Source of the DNA: an uncultured Nitrospirota bacterium
GTDB lineage: Bacteria > Nitrospirota > Nitrospiria > 2-01-FULL-66-17
NCBI GenBank assembly: GCA_964570625.1
Contig: CAZMYW010000008.1
Coordinates: 43,166-107,165, forward strand
Direction: 5' to 3'
Length of the DNA: 64,000 bases
Made by a program: the position numbers and the translations under genes. Positions 54,415-64,000 of the stretch are shown piece after piece; positions within the stretch are counted from its first letter, which is position 1, and each line of letters begins with the position of its first letter. Below the pieces are notes generated by a model. It had not been told where the DNA came from, did not search any database, and saw nothing but the letters and a program-made list of their open reading frames with translations.

Positions 54415-54892
54415 TGACAAAGACAAGCGGCTGTACCGCCGCGTGGACGTGCTCATTCCCTTCGGGTTCCGAACGGTTGGACCAGGAGCCGTAGCAGCCG
54501 CGGTTCAGGCGGATCCGGAGCCCGCGACGGTACACGACGATCCCGTCCGTGCCGCGCTCGAGCGAATCGAACGCAAAGTGGATCGCCTGCTCGCCCGGAT
54601 CGCCTCCGCGGATCAGGCTCCGCCCGTCAAGCCGACTCCCATCAATCTCAGCGGAGCCGGGGTGCGATTCCCCAGCGACGAGCCCATTGAGCAGGGCGAG
54701 TACGTGGACCTGGTCATGGTCCTGCCCGGAGACTCTCCCATCAAAATTCGGGCGTTCGCCGAGGTCGTTCGCCAGCGGTTGCTGGCCCGTCCATCCGGCG
54801 CCGTGTATGAGATCGCGGCAGCATTCCTGCACTTGGAGCCGAAAGACCGAGAAGCCGTGATTCGCTACACCTTCCAGGCCAACGGCCGCTAG
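54404..54892 (+). CDS. PilZ-domain protein
   Basis: RLYRR (RxxxR) and NLSGAG ((D/N)xSxxG). Confidence 0.85.
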   Translation: MSDDDKDKRLYRRVDVLIPFGFRTVGPGAVAAAVQADPEPATVHDDPVRAALERIERKVDRLLARIASADQAPPVKPTPINLSGAGVRFPSDEPIEQGEYVDLVMVLPGDSPIKIRAFAEVVRQRLLARPSGAVYEIAAAFLHLEPKDREAVIRYTFQANGR

Positions 54893-55683
54893 CCCCTGCG
54901 CCCCGCTCGGGGTTCACCCGAGATCGCCTTCGATCGCGTTCCGTATCGCACCACGACAAGGGTTAAGCCGTGCGCCGGGGCGGTGACTCCGGCGTGACGA
55001 CGGTCTCGTGACTGGAGAATGTGTGCCACGTCGCTGGACGCTCTGCGGGCGAGCCCAACCTCCACCAGCGTGCCGACAATATTCCGGACCATGTATTTCA
55101 GAAAGCGGTTGCCCTCTACATCAATCCGCACGAGATCGCCCTGTTTGTTGATCGAACAGCGGGTGAGCCGGCATCGGGTGTCGTGTGTTGCGCCGTGCGA
55201 CCGATCGGATCCTTCAAATGCCCGGAAATCATGCGTGCCGACCAACGATGTGGTGGCGCGTCGCATGGCGGTCAGGTTGAGGCGATAGGGCACGTGCCAG
55301 GTCGTGCGTCGTTCGAGCGGCGACGGGGCCTGACGGTTGAACACCCGGTACTGGTAGCACTTGCGGGTTGCCGAAAACCTGGCGTGAAACGAATCAGGAG
55401 CCGCATCAACCGCGGTGATTTTGATGTCGGCGGGCAGCACCGCGTTGAGCGCGCGGCACCACACGTCCGGGGCGAGCGAGGCTCGGGTCTGAAAGTGCGC
55501 GACTTGTCCCGCGGCGTGCACGCCGGCGTCGGTCCGACCGGCACCCACCACGGTGGCGTGCCCTCCGCTGATCCGGTGGATCGCGGATTCGATCGTGCCC
55601 TGAATCGTCGCGGCCGCGGATTGGCGTTGCCAGCCGTGGTAGTCGGTCCCGTCGTATTCGATGGTCAAGCGAACAACGGACAT
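54889..55683 (-). CDS. truA: tRNA pseudouridine(38-40) synthase
   Basis: IEYDG..YHGWQ, AGRTDAGVHA, FHARF and FLKYMVRNIVG. Confidence 0.96.
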   Translation of the reverse strand: MSVVRLTIEYDGTDYHGWQRQSAAATIQGTIESAIHRISGGHATVVGAGRTDAGVHAAGQVAHFQTRASLAPDVWCRALNAVLPADIKITAVDAAPDSFHARFSATRKCYQYRVFNRQAPSPLERRTTWHVPYRLNLTAMRRATTSLVGTHDFRAFEGSDRSHGATHDTRCRLTRCSINKQGDLVRIDVEGNRFLKYMVRNIVGTLVEVGLARRASSDVAHILQSRDRRHAGVTAPAHGLTLVVVRYGTRSKAISGEPRAGRRG

Positions 55684-55709
55684 GAGACGGCGCAGCGTGA
55701 GGCCTGGGG

Positions 55710-56795
55710 TCAATTGGACTGAGCGTGTAACGAAGACGCCACGTATTTGCCGATCCCCGCGGCGAGCGCTTCGGCGATGAGCTGGCGAAACTCCGGACGG
55801 CGGAGTCTGGAGGCATCGTCCGGATTGCTCAAAAACGCGAGCTCCGACAGAATACTGGGGACTCCGGTGTTCAACAGGACGTAAAACGGCGCCCGTTTGA
55901 TTCCGAGGTCCACCAGATCGTAGCGCCCGTCCACCTTCTGGATGACGGCCCGTCTGAGTGCGTCCGCCAGTTCCAGAGATTGCTCTTCCCGCTGGCTGTT
56001 CGAGAGGTCCCCCAGCATGGTTTGAATCAGCGCGGTGACGTCTTTCGCCCCTGCGCCGGGTTCTTCGTTCTCCCGAGCCGCTGTTGCGCTTGCGTCGGCG
56101 TCGCTGGCGTGGCCGAGCACGTAGACTTCGAGGCCCTTGGTGTTTCGTTTCGGGCTGGAGTTCACGTGGATCGAAATAAACACGTCCGCGTCGCGTTGCT
56201 GCGCGAACGTCGTGCGTTCTTCCAAGGACACGAAGCGATCATCGGTCCGGGTCAACAGGGGTTCGATGTGATCGCGTTGCACGAGCAACTGGTGTAGGCG
56301 TTTGGCGACATCGAGGACCACCTCTTTTTCTTCAAGGCCTTTCGGCCCGACCGTCCCCGGGTCTTTTCCCCCGTGCCCCGGATCAATCACGACCCGCACC
56401 GGAGCGGGTCGCGGAGGAGACGCGGGCGGCGCGACGGGTTTAGCGGACAACACGGCGACTTCCGCGAGCAGCCTCCGGGCGTTCTCAGCGTCGTCCCGTC
56501 GACCGGACCGACGCGCGAGTTCCTGGGAGAGTTCGGCCTGACGCGTGAGGGCCGAACTCGTCACGGCGGCGTCCAGGCTTGCGGTCACGACGTCCGCATA
56601 CCGTTGGATGCAGCGCTGCCAGTTGGCGCGAAACTTCCGAAGCTCGCTGGATTGCTGGAGACGTTGGTCGCAGGCGGCGGCCTGCTGGTTGAGCTCGGCG
56701 GCGGTCGAGGCGGCGTGCGCCGATGAGGCGATCGTGACCGCGCAGAACCAGAGCAGCCACCCGGTACCGCGTCGCGTAGACGTGTGCCACGACAT
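55710..56795 (-). CDS. N-acetylmuramoyl-L-alanine amidase (Amidase_3) with helical N-terminal domain
   Basis: Signal peptide, VVIDPGHGGKDPG, EKEVVL, FISIHVN and PSILSELAFLSN. Confidence 0.92.
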   Translation of the reverse strand: MSWHTSTRRGTGWLLWFCAVTIASSAHAASTAAELNQQAAACDQRLQQSSELRKFRANWQRCIQRYADVVTASLDAAVTSSALTRQAELSQELARRSGRRDDAENARRLLAEVAVLSAKPVAPPASPPRPAPVRVVIDPGHGGKDPGTVGPKGLEEKEVVLDVAKRLHQLLVQRDHIEPLLTRTDDRFVSLEERTTFAQQRDADVFISIHVNSSPKRNTKGLEVYVLGHASDADASATAARENEEPGAGAKDVTALIQTMLGDLSNSQREEQSLELADALRRAVIQKVDGRYDLVDLGIKRAPFYVLLNTGVPSILSELAFLSNPDDASRLRRPEFRQLIAEALAAGIGKYVASSLHAQSN

Positions 56796-56947
56796 GTGGC
56801 GGGAACAGTAGCCCAGGGGGTCTCTGATGTCAACGGGTCCGGCGCCGCGTTCCTTGATTTTGAGCCAGCGTTCTCGTATAACCGTCGCGGCGCGATGGCG
56901 CACGGCGTCATGGCCTCGACCGAATGCGCGTAAAGACTCTCCTGGTG

Positions 56948-58882
56948 ATGGACGTGCGGCGTCGGTCCGTGATGGCCTTGGCGGCCTGTGCGCTGCTGTG
57001 GTCGATCCACCTGGCATGGACCGCTCCGATTGGAGCGCAAGGGGCGGGCGGCGGCTCCTCGCCGCAAGAACGTAGCGCGTTCGCCCGAGCCCAGAACCAG
57101 TATGTGACCGGCGACGCGTCGGGCGCGGCTGCAGCCCTGGAAAAATTTCTTAAAGAGTTTCCCAAAAGCGACGTCCGAGCGGAGGCGGCCACACTGCTCG
57201 GGCACATTCGGCTGGAACAAAAATCCTATCAGCAGGCGATCGCCCTGTTGTCCGAAGTGGTCGCGCAGGGTGTGGCTGGGGAATACGCTGATCGCGCGCG
57301 ACTGGATCTTGCGTCCGCCCACCTGGGAGCGGGAAACAAACCTGATGCGGCCAGGCTGCTGGCTGCGCTGGCGGCTTCGGAGGCGGCGTCGGGCTTGCGC
57401 CAGCAGGCCTATGAATTGTTGGTCGCGCTCGCGATCGAAGATCACGACCCGGCGCGCGCAGTCTCGTGGTTGATGGAGCAACGCGCGCTGCCGACGGAAG
57501 CGGTGGACTCGGCGGCGGTGGACACCAGGATCCGGGAGTTGATCGCGCAGGCCCAGACTCCCGATGCCGTCGAGACCATTGCGGATACATTTCCCGCCGA
57601 GTTCCCGGCTGACGTGGCGCTGGTTCGGGCCGGGCAGTTGTACGGTTCAAGCGGCGATTGGTTCGATCAGGACCGGGTACTCCAGGCGTTTTTGGCGGAG
57701 TTTCCCCAACATGAATCGGCTTCCGAGGCGCTCAAGATGCTGGAGGCGAATCGGGCTCGTCTCCGCTCTGCGCGGTCCGTCATCGTGTTGCCGCTTCCCT
57801 ATCACGGCGCGCTCCGGCCCTACGCGACCAGCCTCCTTCGCGGAGCGCAATTGGCGATGGAGGCGGCCCGAGCCAACGGTCAGGATGCCTCCGTCGTCTT
57901 GGCGGCCAAGGATTACGGAGGGGATCTCACCCGCCTCGGGACCGTGCTGGATCAGACGTGTCGAGAAGCCCGGTGTGTGGGAATCGTCGGTCCCGTGCTC
58001 AGTCGAGAAGCAGGGGTGGTCGCTTCGCGCGCCGCGCAGTGGAGGATGCCCGCGGTGAGCCCTACCGCGACCGGGCCGATGCCCCAGAACCGTTACCTGT
58101 TCCGAACCGCGCTCACGGCCCAAGCCGAGGGCGTCGCCGTCGCGCAGTATGCCACCCAGCACCTCGGCATGAAGCGGTTCGTCGTGCTCGCGCCTCAGGA
58201 CCGATATTCCATCGAGATCGTGACGGCGTTTTCCGACGAAGTGACCCGGCAGGGCGGGCGCCTGATGTTCTCGGCGACCTATCAACCGGGCGGGGTGGAT
58301 TTCGGGGCCGAGATCAAACGACTCAAAGAGATCGACCTGCGGCAGGAAGGAGTCATGGAAACACTTCCGGCTGAAAACACGTCCCCCAACGCTCCGGCGC
58401 CTGACCCCGTGTATCTCCCGGGTTTCGATGCCGCGTTTCTGCCCGGAGACGGGGAGACGGTTGGACTCATCGCGTCCCAGTTGCGTTATTACGACATCGC
58501 GGTTCCCTTGCTAGGGTCCAGTGGGTGGAACAACCGCTCGGTGGTCGCCAATGGCGGCAAGTACGTCGAAGACGCGATTTTCGTGGACGCGTTCTTCTCC
58601 AATTCGCAGGACCAGGCGGTGCAGCAGTTTGTGAAACAGTACCGCGAAAAATACCGCGAGGTACCGGATGTATTCGCGGCGCTCGCGTACGATGCCACGT
58701 CGCTGCTCATTCGTGGATTGAAGGCCGGCGCGACAACCGGCGAGCGACTCCGGGACGAACTCAGCAAGATCACCGGCCACTCGGGCGTCTCGGGAATCAC
58801 GGGATTCGGACCCGAAGGCGAGGTCCAGCGCCAATTCTCCTGGATCCAGATCAGAAACGGTCGGTTCGTCCCCGCGTTGTAG
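56948..58882 (+). CDS. TPR plus periplasmic-binding-fold protein (LpoA-like penicillin-binding protein activator)
   Basis: Signal peptide, TPR-like helices, IVGP..S, and YDA near the C-terminus of a PBP type I fold. Confidence 0.7.
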   Translation: MDVRRRSVMALAACALLWSIHLAWTAPIGAQGAGGGSSPQERSAFARAQNQYVTGDASGAAAALEKFLKEFPKSDVRAEAATLLGHIRLEQKSYQQAIALLSEVVAQGVAGEYADRARLDLASAHLGAGNKPDAARLLAALAASEAASGLRQQAYELLVALAIEDHDPARAVSWLMEQRALPTEAVDSAAVDTRIRELIAQAQTPDAVETIADTFPAEFPADVALVRAGQLYGSSGDWFDQDRVLQAFLAEFPQHESASEALKMLEANRARLRSARSVIVLPLPYHGALRPYATSLLRGAQLAMEAARANGQDASVVLAAKDYGGDLTRLGTVLDQTCREARCVGIVGPVLSREAGVVASRAAQWRMPAVSPTATGPMPQNRYLFRTALTAQAEGVAVAQYATQHLGMKRFVVLAPQDRYSIEIVTAFSDEVTRQGGRLMFSATYQPGGVDFGAEIKRLKEIDLRQEGVMETLPAENTSPNAPAPDPVYLPGFDAAFLPGDGETVGLIASQLRYYDIAVPLLGSSGWNNRSVVANGGKYVEDAIFVDAFFSNSQDQAVQQFVKQYREKYREVPDVFAALAYDATSLLIRGLKAGATTGERLRDELSKITGHSGVSGITGFGPEGEVQRQFSWIQIRNGRFVPAL

Positions 58883-58883
58883 A

Positions 58884-59588
58884 ATGGCGGAATTCGGTTC
58901 GATCATCCACGGCCTGTCGATCGTGGCCCTGCCGATCCTGCTCGCCATTACGCTCCATGAAGCGGCGCACGGTTTCGTGGCTGACCGAAAGGGCGATCCC
59001 ACCGCCAAGTATCTCGGACGCCTGACGCTCAACCCCTTGGCCCACATCGATCCCTTCGGCACGGTCCTGTTGCCATTGCTGCTCTATGTGGGACCCCTGC
59101 TCATGACGGGTCAACCCGGGTTCGTCTTCGGATACGCAAAACCGGTGCCGGTCAACTTCATGAACCTCCGGCGTCCCAAGACCGACATGGTGTGGGTGGC
59201 GGCCGCGGGTCCGCTCACCAATCTGGCCCTGGCGGTGGCCTCCGGTGCGTTGCTCCACGGGCTTGCGGCCTTCTCCGACGGGCAGGGCGCGGGGTTGGAC
59301 GGCGCGGGCGACAGCGGTTTTCGGATCGCGGAGCCGATCGCCCAGATGCTGGCTTACGGGGTGTTCATCAACGTGGCGCTGATGTTGTTCAATCTGTTGC
59401 CGATTCCTCCGCTTGACGGGGGACGGGTTCTGGTCGGCCTGCTGCCCGCTGGGGCATCCAGCTGGGTGGCGAATCTCGAGCCGTACGGCATGTTCATCGT
59501 CATCGCCCTGGTGTTCTTGGACCCGTTGCGGTTGGTGTACCGTATTCTCGCGCCGCTATCATCGGCTTTGATCAACCTCATTCTCTGA
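58884..59588 (+). CDS. Site-2 protease (M50 family)
   Basis: LHEAAH, GRLTLNPLAHID and FNLLPIPPLDGG. Confidence 0.93.
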   Translation: MAEFGSIIHGLSIVALPILLAITLHEAAHGFVADRKGDPTAKYLGRLTLNPLAHIDPFGTVLLPLLLYVGPLLMTGQPGFVFGYAKPVPVNFMNLRRPKTDMVWVAAAGPLTNLALAVASGALLHGLAAFSDGQGAGLDGAGDSGFRIAEPIAQMLAYGVFINVALMLFNLLPIPPLDGGRVLVGLLPAGASSWVANLEPYGMFIVIALVFLDPLRLVYRILAPLSSALINLIL

Positions 59589-59609
59589 TCACCTGCTGAA
59601 GGAGGACAC

Positions 59610-60617
59610 ATGGCGCCTCGGCCACGGATTCTCAGCGGGATGCAGCCCAGCGGCAGGCTGCACCTAGGCAACTATCTCGGCGCACTGGCCAATTGGGTGG
59701 CCTTGCAGGACTCGCATGAGTGTTTCTATATGGTGGCCGACTGGCACGCCGTGTCGACGAACTACGCTGAAACGCGACGCATCGGTTCGTTTACGCGTGA
59801 GATGGTGCTCGATTGGCTTGCGGCGGGGCTCGATCCGTCTCGATCAACGGTGTTCGTCCAGTCGTCTGTTCCGGAACACGCGATCCTCCATCTCTTACTG
59901 TCGATGATCGTTCCGGTGCCGTGGCTGGAGCGGAACCCCACCTATAAGGAGCAGCAGGAGCAGTTGGTCGATCGCGACCTCACGAGTTACGGTTTCATGG
60001 GGTATCCGGTCTTGCAGTCCGCGGATATCTTGTTGTACCGAGCGGACGCGGTGCCGGTGGGGCAGGACCAATTGCCGCACTTGGAGATCACCCGAGAAAT
60101 TTCCCGGCGGTTCAACCATCTGTACGGCGAGGTGTTTCCCGAACCGCAGGCGTTGCTGACTCAAACGCCCAAACTGCCGGGAACGGACGGCCGAAAAATG
60201 AGCAAGAGCTACAACAACGCCATTTATCTCTCGGATCCGGAACCCACGGTTCGAGAAAAGTTCCGCACCATGGTCACCGACCCCGCCAGGAAACGGCGCA
60301 GTGATCCGGGCAATCCTGATGTCTGTCCGGTCTTTGATTTACACAACGTGTTTTCGCCTGCCGCGACGATCGACCGGGTCAACGCGGAGTGTCGCACCGC
60401 GGCGATCGGATGTATCGACTGCAAAGGCCTCCTTGCCGATGGGGTGGTGACGCGATTGCGGCCCATCTGGGAGCGGCGGGCAGCGCTGGAGCAGGATCCC
60501 GCCACGGTCGAGCGCACGATCAAGGCCGGTGCCGAGAAAGCGCGTGCGGTCGCCAGTCAGACGCTCGACGCGGTGAACGCGGCGATGCACCTCGGCGGAC
60601 CGGCTGCTCCCGCCTAA
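59610..60617 (+). CDS. trpS: Tryptophan--tRNA ligase
   Basis: PSGRLHLGNY, YPVLQSADI, VPVGQDQ and KMSKS. Confidence 0.97.
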   Translation: MAPRPRILSGMQPSGRLHLGNYLGALANWVALQDSHECFYMVADWHAVSTNYAETRRIGSFTREMVLDWLAAGLDPSRSTVFVQSSVPEHAILHLLLSMIVPVPWLERNPTYKEQQEQLVDRDLTSYGFMGYPVLQSADILLYRADAVPVGQDQLPHLEITREISRRFNHLYGEVFPEPQALLTQTPKLPGTDGRKMSKSYNNAIYLSDPEPTVREKFRTMVTDPARKRRSDPGNPDVCPVFDLHNVFSPAATIDRVNAECRTAAIGCIDCKGLLADGVVTRLRPIWERRAALEQDPATVERTIKAGAEKARAVASQTLDAVNAAMHLGGPAAPA

Positions 60618-60622
60618 CCGGG

Positions 60623-61639
60623 TCAGCCCAGTTCGTTGGCCCGAATACACGCCGCCCAGTGTCCGGGCGCGATCTCCGTCAACTGGGGGTCGATCTGTTG
60701 GCACTCGGGGATTCGTTTGGGACAACGCGAGTAGAACCGGCACCCCTGAGGCAGATCGATGGGGCTCGGCGGATCGCCTTGGATGAGCGCGGGCTGTCGC
60801 GCGATCTCGGGATTTGGGACGGGGATTGCTGCGATGAGCGCCTGGGTGTAGGGGTGTCGCGGGTGTTCGAACAGCGCGTCGGCGGTGGTGAGTTCCACGA
60901 TACGTCCGAGGTACATGACGGCTACCCGGTCACTGATGTGGCGGATCATGACCAGGTCGTGCGCAATGAACAGGAGCGAGAGGCGGTATTCCCGTTGAAG
61001 GTCTTGCAGGAGGTTGATGATCTGGGCCTGGATCGACACGTCGAGCGACGAGACGGGTTCGTCCGCCACCACCAGGCGCGGATTGAGGATCAAGGCGCGC
61101 GCGATGCCCACGCGCTGCCGCTGCCCGCCGCTGAACTCGTGGGGATATCGTTCGAGCGCGTCGGGTGTGAGGCCCACCTTCTCCACCATGGTGCGCACCC
61201 GGTCGGCGCGGTCAGACCGCGACCCGATGCCGTGGATAACCAGCGGTTCTTCAAGGATCGTACCGATCCGCATGCGTGGATTGAGCGAAGCGAACGGGTC
61301 CTGGAAGATAATCTGTAAATCTCGCCGGAGCGCCTTGAGTTGCGTGGACCCGACGGTCAGCAGGTCCTGGCCCAGGAATCGGATCGTCCCGGCGGACGGA
61401 TCGATCAGCCGGAGGATCAACCGCCCGGTGGTCGACTTTCCGCAGCCGGATTCCCCCACCAGCCCCAGGACCTCACCGCTCTTGATGTGCAGCGACACGC
61501 CGTCCACGGCGTGAACGCGTTGGCCGCGGTGCGTGCCGAAGACGCCGGATCGAACCGGGAAATATTTCGCGAGCCCGTCGACCTGGAGCAGCGGGTCATC
61601 AGGGCGTGACGGGTGCGGCGAGGGTTCGACGGCGCTCAC
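60623..61639 (-). CDS. oppF: Oligopeptide ABC transporter ATP-binding subunit (OppF/DppF)
   Basis: GESGCGKST, FSGGQRQR, DEPVSSLD and C-terminal GCRF..RCP. Start refined to GTG 61639. Confidence 0.9.
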   Translation of the reverse strand: MSAVEPSPHPSRPDDPLLQVDGLAKYFPVRSGVFGTHRGQRVHAVDGVSLHIKSGEVLGLVGESGCGKSTTGRLILRLIDPSAGTIRFLGQDLLTVGSTQLKALRRDLQIIFQDPFASLNPRMRIGTILEEPLVIHGIGSRSDRADRVRTMVEKVGLTPDALERYPHEFSGGQRQRVGIARALILNPRLVVADEPVSSLDVSIQAQIINLLQDLQREYRLSLLFIAHDLVMIRHISDRVAVMYLGRIVELTTADALFEHPRHPYTQALIAAIPVPNPEIARQPALIQGDPPSPIDLPQGCRFYSRCPKRIPECQQIDPQLTEIAPGHWAACIRANELG

Positions 61640-62661
61640 GACGCGGACCCTACCAGCCAGCACCGCGTTCGATGCTCGGCATCCGTGCGCTCCAGCGGCG
61701 GGTCCTGGGTGCACCGCTGGATGACCACGGGACATCGCGGGGCGAACGCGCACCCAGCGGGAATGGCGCCGAGCACGGGAACGGTGCCGGGAATCGCCAT
61801 GAGCCGCTTGGGCCGTTCACCACGCAGGTCGGCGGGAGGCAACGAGGCCAGCAGGCCCTTGGTGTACGGATGCTGGGGCCCGCTAAAGAGGCGGCGGGTG
61901 GTGGTCTCCTCCACGATCCGCCCGGCATACATGACCACGACGCGGTGGGCCACTTGGGCGATGACCCCGAGATTGTGGGAAATCAGGACCATCGCCATCC
62001 CCAGCCGTTCACGAAGATCGGCTAGGAGCTCGAGGATCTGCGCCTGCACCGTGACGTCCAGCGCGGTCGTGGGTTCGTCCGCGAACACGATATCGGGGTC
62101 GCACGAAATCGCCATGGCGATCATCACCCGTTGGCGCATCCCGCCGCTGAGTTGGTGCGGATACTCGGCCCAGCGTTTGTCGGGAGACGGGATCCCCACC
62201 AGACGAAGCAACTCGATGGTGCGGGTTTTCGCCGCCGCGCGGGACAGGCGAAGGTGAAGCCGGATCATTTCCGCGATCTGTTCGCCCACCGTGATGACGG
62301 GGTTCAGTGCCGTCATCGGTTCTTGAAAAATCATGGCGATCCGTTTGCCGCGAACCGATTGGAGCGCCACCGGGGGCAGGGTGAGCAAGTCGCGCTCATC
62401 GAGCAGGACTCGCCCACCGGTGATGCGGCCCGGTTGGGGCACGAGGCGCAACACCGCCAGCGCGGTCATACTCTTTCCGCAGCCCGACTCACCCACCACG
62501 CCGAGGACTTCGCCTTTGAACACGTCCAGGCTGATTCGATCAACGGCTCGAGCGGGGCCGTGAGCGGTTGGGAACTCAACGGAGAGATCGATGAGGCGGA
62601 GCAGGGGTTCGGACACCGAGGTGGAGGGCGAGGCCGACGTCGACGTGGGTGAGGGTCCCAC
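61636..62661 (-). CDS. oppD: Oligopeptide ABC transporter ATP-binding subunit (OppD/DppD)
   Basis: GESGCGKS, LSGGMRQR, DEPTTALDVTVQAQIL and HPYT.GL. Confidence 0.92.
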   Translation of the reverse strand: MGPSPTSTSASPSTSVSEPLLRLIDLSVEFPTAHGPARAVDRISLDVFKGEVLGVVGESGCGKSMTALAVLRLVPQPGRITGGRVLLDERDLLTLPPVALQSVRGKRIAMIFQEPMTALNPVITVGEQIAEMIRLHLRLSRAAAKTRTIELLRLVGIPSPDKRWAEYPHQLSGGMRQRVMIAMAISCDPDIVFADEPTTALDVTVQAQILELLADLRERLGMAMVLISHNLGVIAQVAHRVVVMYAGRIVEETTTRRLFSGPQHPYTKGLLASLPPADLRGERPKRLMAIPGTVPVLGAIPAGCAFAPRCPVVIQRCTQDPPLERTDAEHRTRCWLVGSAS

Positions 62662-62670
62662 GAGATCCTG

Positions 62671-63399
62671 TTACGGAATGATTCCAGGGTCCAGACAATC
62701 TTTCTTCGCCAGGGCGAGATACACGGCGGTGCGGTCGCCGGTGAGCGACCCGGAGGGGATCGACTCCCACTCTTGGCGAGCCAGATCAAGGAACCCGCTC
62801 ATGTAGTAGGTAATGCCGAGGTGAACCGTCGCGGGCACGTACTCCGGCGACAGCTCCTTGGCCCGGAGAAACACGCGGATGGCCTCGTCGTACGCGCCTT
62901 GCTCCCGAAGAACCACACCCACCTTGGTAATGATATCGGGGAACGTCGGGCAGAGGCCGAGCGCTTTCCGGTACTCGTCGAGCGCCTCGTCATGAAGGCT
63001 CAGGTGGGCGTATCGATCGCCGAGCGCGGCGTGTTCGTTCGCCAGTTGTCCGCGGACGTAAAAATCCGTGGAGCGCGGAGTGTCCCTGACGAGCCGCGCG
63101 GCGTCGTTGTACGCCTGTTGGGCGTCGTCGTACCGGCTCAGATCCGCGCAGGTGACCGCCAGGTTGAGGCACGCTTCCGTGTATCGTGGATTGGCTTCAA
63201 CCGCCTTGTGGAACCACTCCGCGGCGGTTTCGATTTGTCCCTGGAATGCCGTAATGAGTCCCAGCCGATTGTAGAGATCGGCGTACCCGTTGCCGCCGGA
63301 AGCAATCAACTTCAGATACAGGTCTTCCGCTTCAGGATAACGACCCGCCTCGAACAGTTTGGAGGCTTTGTCGTACGTGACGGAAAATTCGAGCGACAC
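62671..63399 (-). CDS. Tetratricopeptide-repeat protein
   Basis: Several TPR motifs (ADLYNRLG, ACLNLA, IITKVG). The GTG at 63399 has a GGAG RBS; the ORF-track ATG at 63420 lies too close to the -10 box. Confidence 0.8.
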   Translation of the reverse strand: MSLEFSVTYDKASKLFEAGRYPEAEDLYLKLIASGGNGYADLYNRLGLITAFQGQIETAAEWFHKAVEANPRYTEACLNLAVTCADLSRYDDAQQAYNDAARLVRDTPRSTDFYVRGQLANEHAALGDRYAHLSLHDEALDEYRKALGLCPTFPDIITKVGVVLREQGAYDEAIRVFLRAKELSPEYVPATVHLGITYYMSGFLDLARQEWESIPSGSLTGDRTAVYLALAKKDCLDPGIIP

Positions 63400-63423
63400 G
63401 CCGGACTCCGAAGGAACCATCGC

Positions 63424-63502
63424 ACTCTACACCAAACAAAAAATTTAAGTCAATCGTCGAGAAGGCGAGCGATTGACAGCACGGCGGTGCCTTCGCTAGA
63501 GT
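63424..63502. promoter_or_regulatory. Divergent sigma70 promoters
   Basis: Minus strand TTGACT-N18-TAGAGT (63453-63424); plus strand TTGACA-N18-TAGAGT (63473-63502). Confidence 0.6.
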
Positions 63503-63543
63503 GCGCTGCCCATCGCATGTGACGTGGTGGGTATTCGACCCGC

Positions 63544-64000
63544 ATGCCCACTCACGACGCCGTCTTCGCTCGCTCGTGTGCCCGACCCGGCGACTTCCCC
63601 GCATCGGGATGGCCTGAAATCGCGTTCGTTGGCCGGTCGAACGTCGGCAAGTCGTCGCTCCTCAATCTCCTGTTGGGCCGGCGGGGGCTCGCGCGAGTCA
63701 GCGGGACGCCCGGGAAAACCCAGACCATCAATTTCGTCGTCGTCGATCAGAAGTACTACTTCGTGGATCTCCCCGGGTACGGCTACGCTCGGGTTCCGCG
63801 CTCCGTTCAACAGGCGTGGCGGCCTCTGATCGATGCGTACCTCTCCGGTCGCCCCGCGCTTCGCGCCGTCGTGTTGATCCTCGACCCGCGACACCCGCCC
63901 TCGGAGTTGGACCACACGATGCATGAGTGGCTGCGGGCGTATGACATTCCGGAGATCGTGGTGATGACCAAGGCGGACCAGGTGCCGCGGGGCCGGCGAC
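63544..64000 (+). CDS. engB: Ribosome biogenesis GTPase YihA/YsxC, truncated at window end
   Basis: Hand translation gives MPTHDAVFARS..PEIAFVGRSNVGKSSLLN, PGKT, DLPGYG and TKAD. Absent from the ORF track because it has no stop in the window. Confidence 0.93.
   Translation, partial: MPTHDAVFARSCARPGDFPASGWPEIAFVGRSNVGKSSLLNLLLGRRGLARVSGTPGKTQTINFVVVDQKYYFVDLPGYGYARVPRSVQQAWRPLIDAYLSGRPALRAVVLILDPRHPPSELDHTMHEWLRAYDIPEIVVMTKADQVPRGRR

Noticed and set aside
1-64000. CRISPR arrays, tRNA/rRNA, IS elements, prophage, defence systems, inteins, selenocysteine or frameshift recoding
   Set aside because: I saw no regular repeat-spacer units, cloverleafs, transposase or integrase motifs, or split core genes. 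The intergenic spaces are too short. The holin-like YqjE belongs to the ordinary yqjDEK cluster.

Overview
This is a GC-rich (about 65%), densely coding bacterial chromosomal segment. Gene content, a short CxxC peptide family and a palindromic repeat suggest Nitrospirota or a related lineage; this is inference, not a database result. Housekeeping genes include accA, dnaE, accD, folC, lptD, ispH, relA/spoT, recJ, hrpB, hflKC, moeA, truA, an amidase, trpS, oppDF and engB, plus a four-gene fatty-acid beta-oxidation cluster. I found no rRNA, tRNA, CRISPR array, transposase or integrase. The most interesting items are: (1) an exported pair, an FG-GAP/ASPIC-UnbV lipoprotein and a 983-aa di-heme (DHOR-type) protein with five Ca-binding-type loops fused to an Asp-box beta-propeller; (2) two copies of a ~100-126 bp palindromic element, one inside a small ORF that could couple accD to folC; (3) a well-spaced sigma54 promoter followed by a strongly folding ~85-nt non-coding segment next to a PolX N-terminal-only gene; (4) two nearby genes that appear to carry large in-frame internal deletions; (5) a TetR-headed redox cluster with a His-motif membrane protein; (6) the C-terminal end of a large MnxG-like multicopper oxidase; (7) several apparently leaderless genes. 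All family calls come from manual motif recognition, and several starts were refined by hand from the ORF track.
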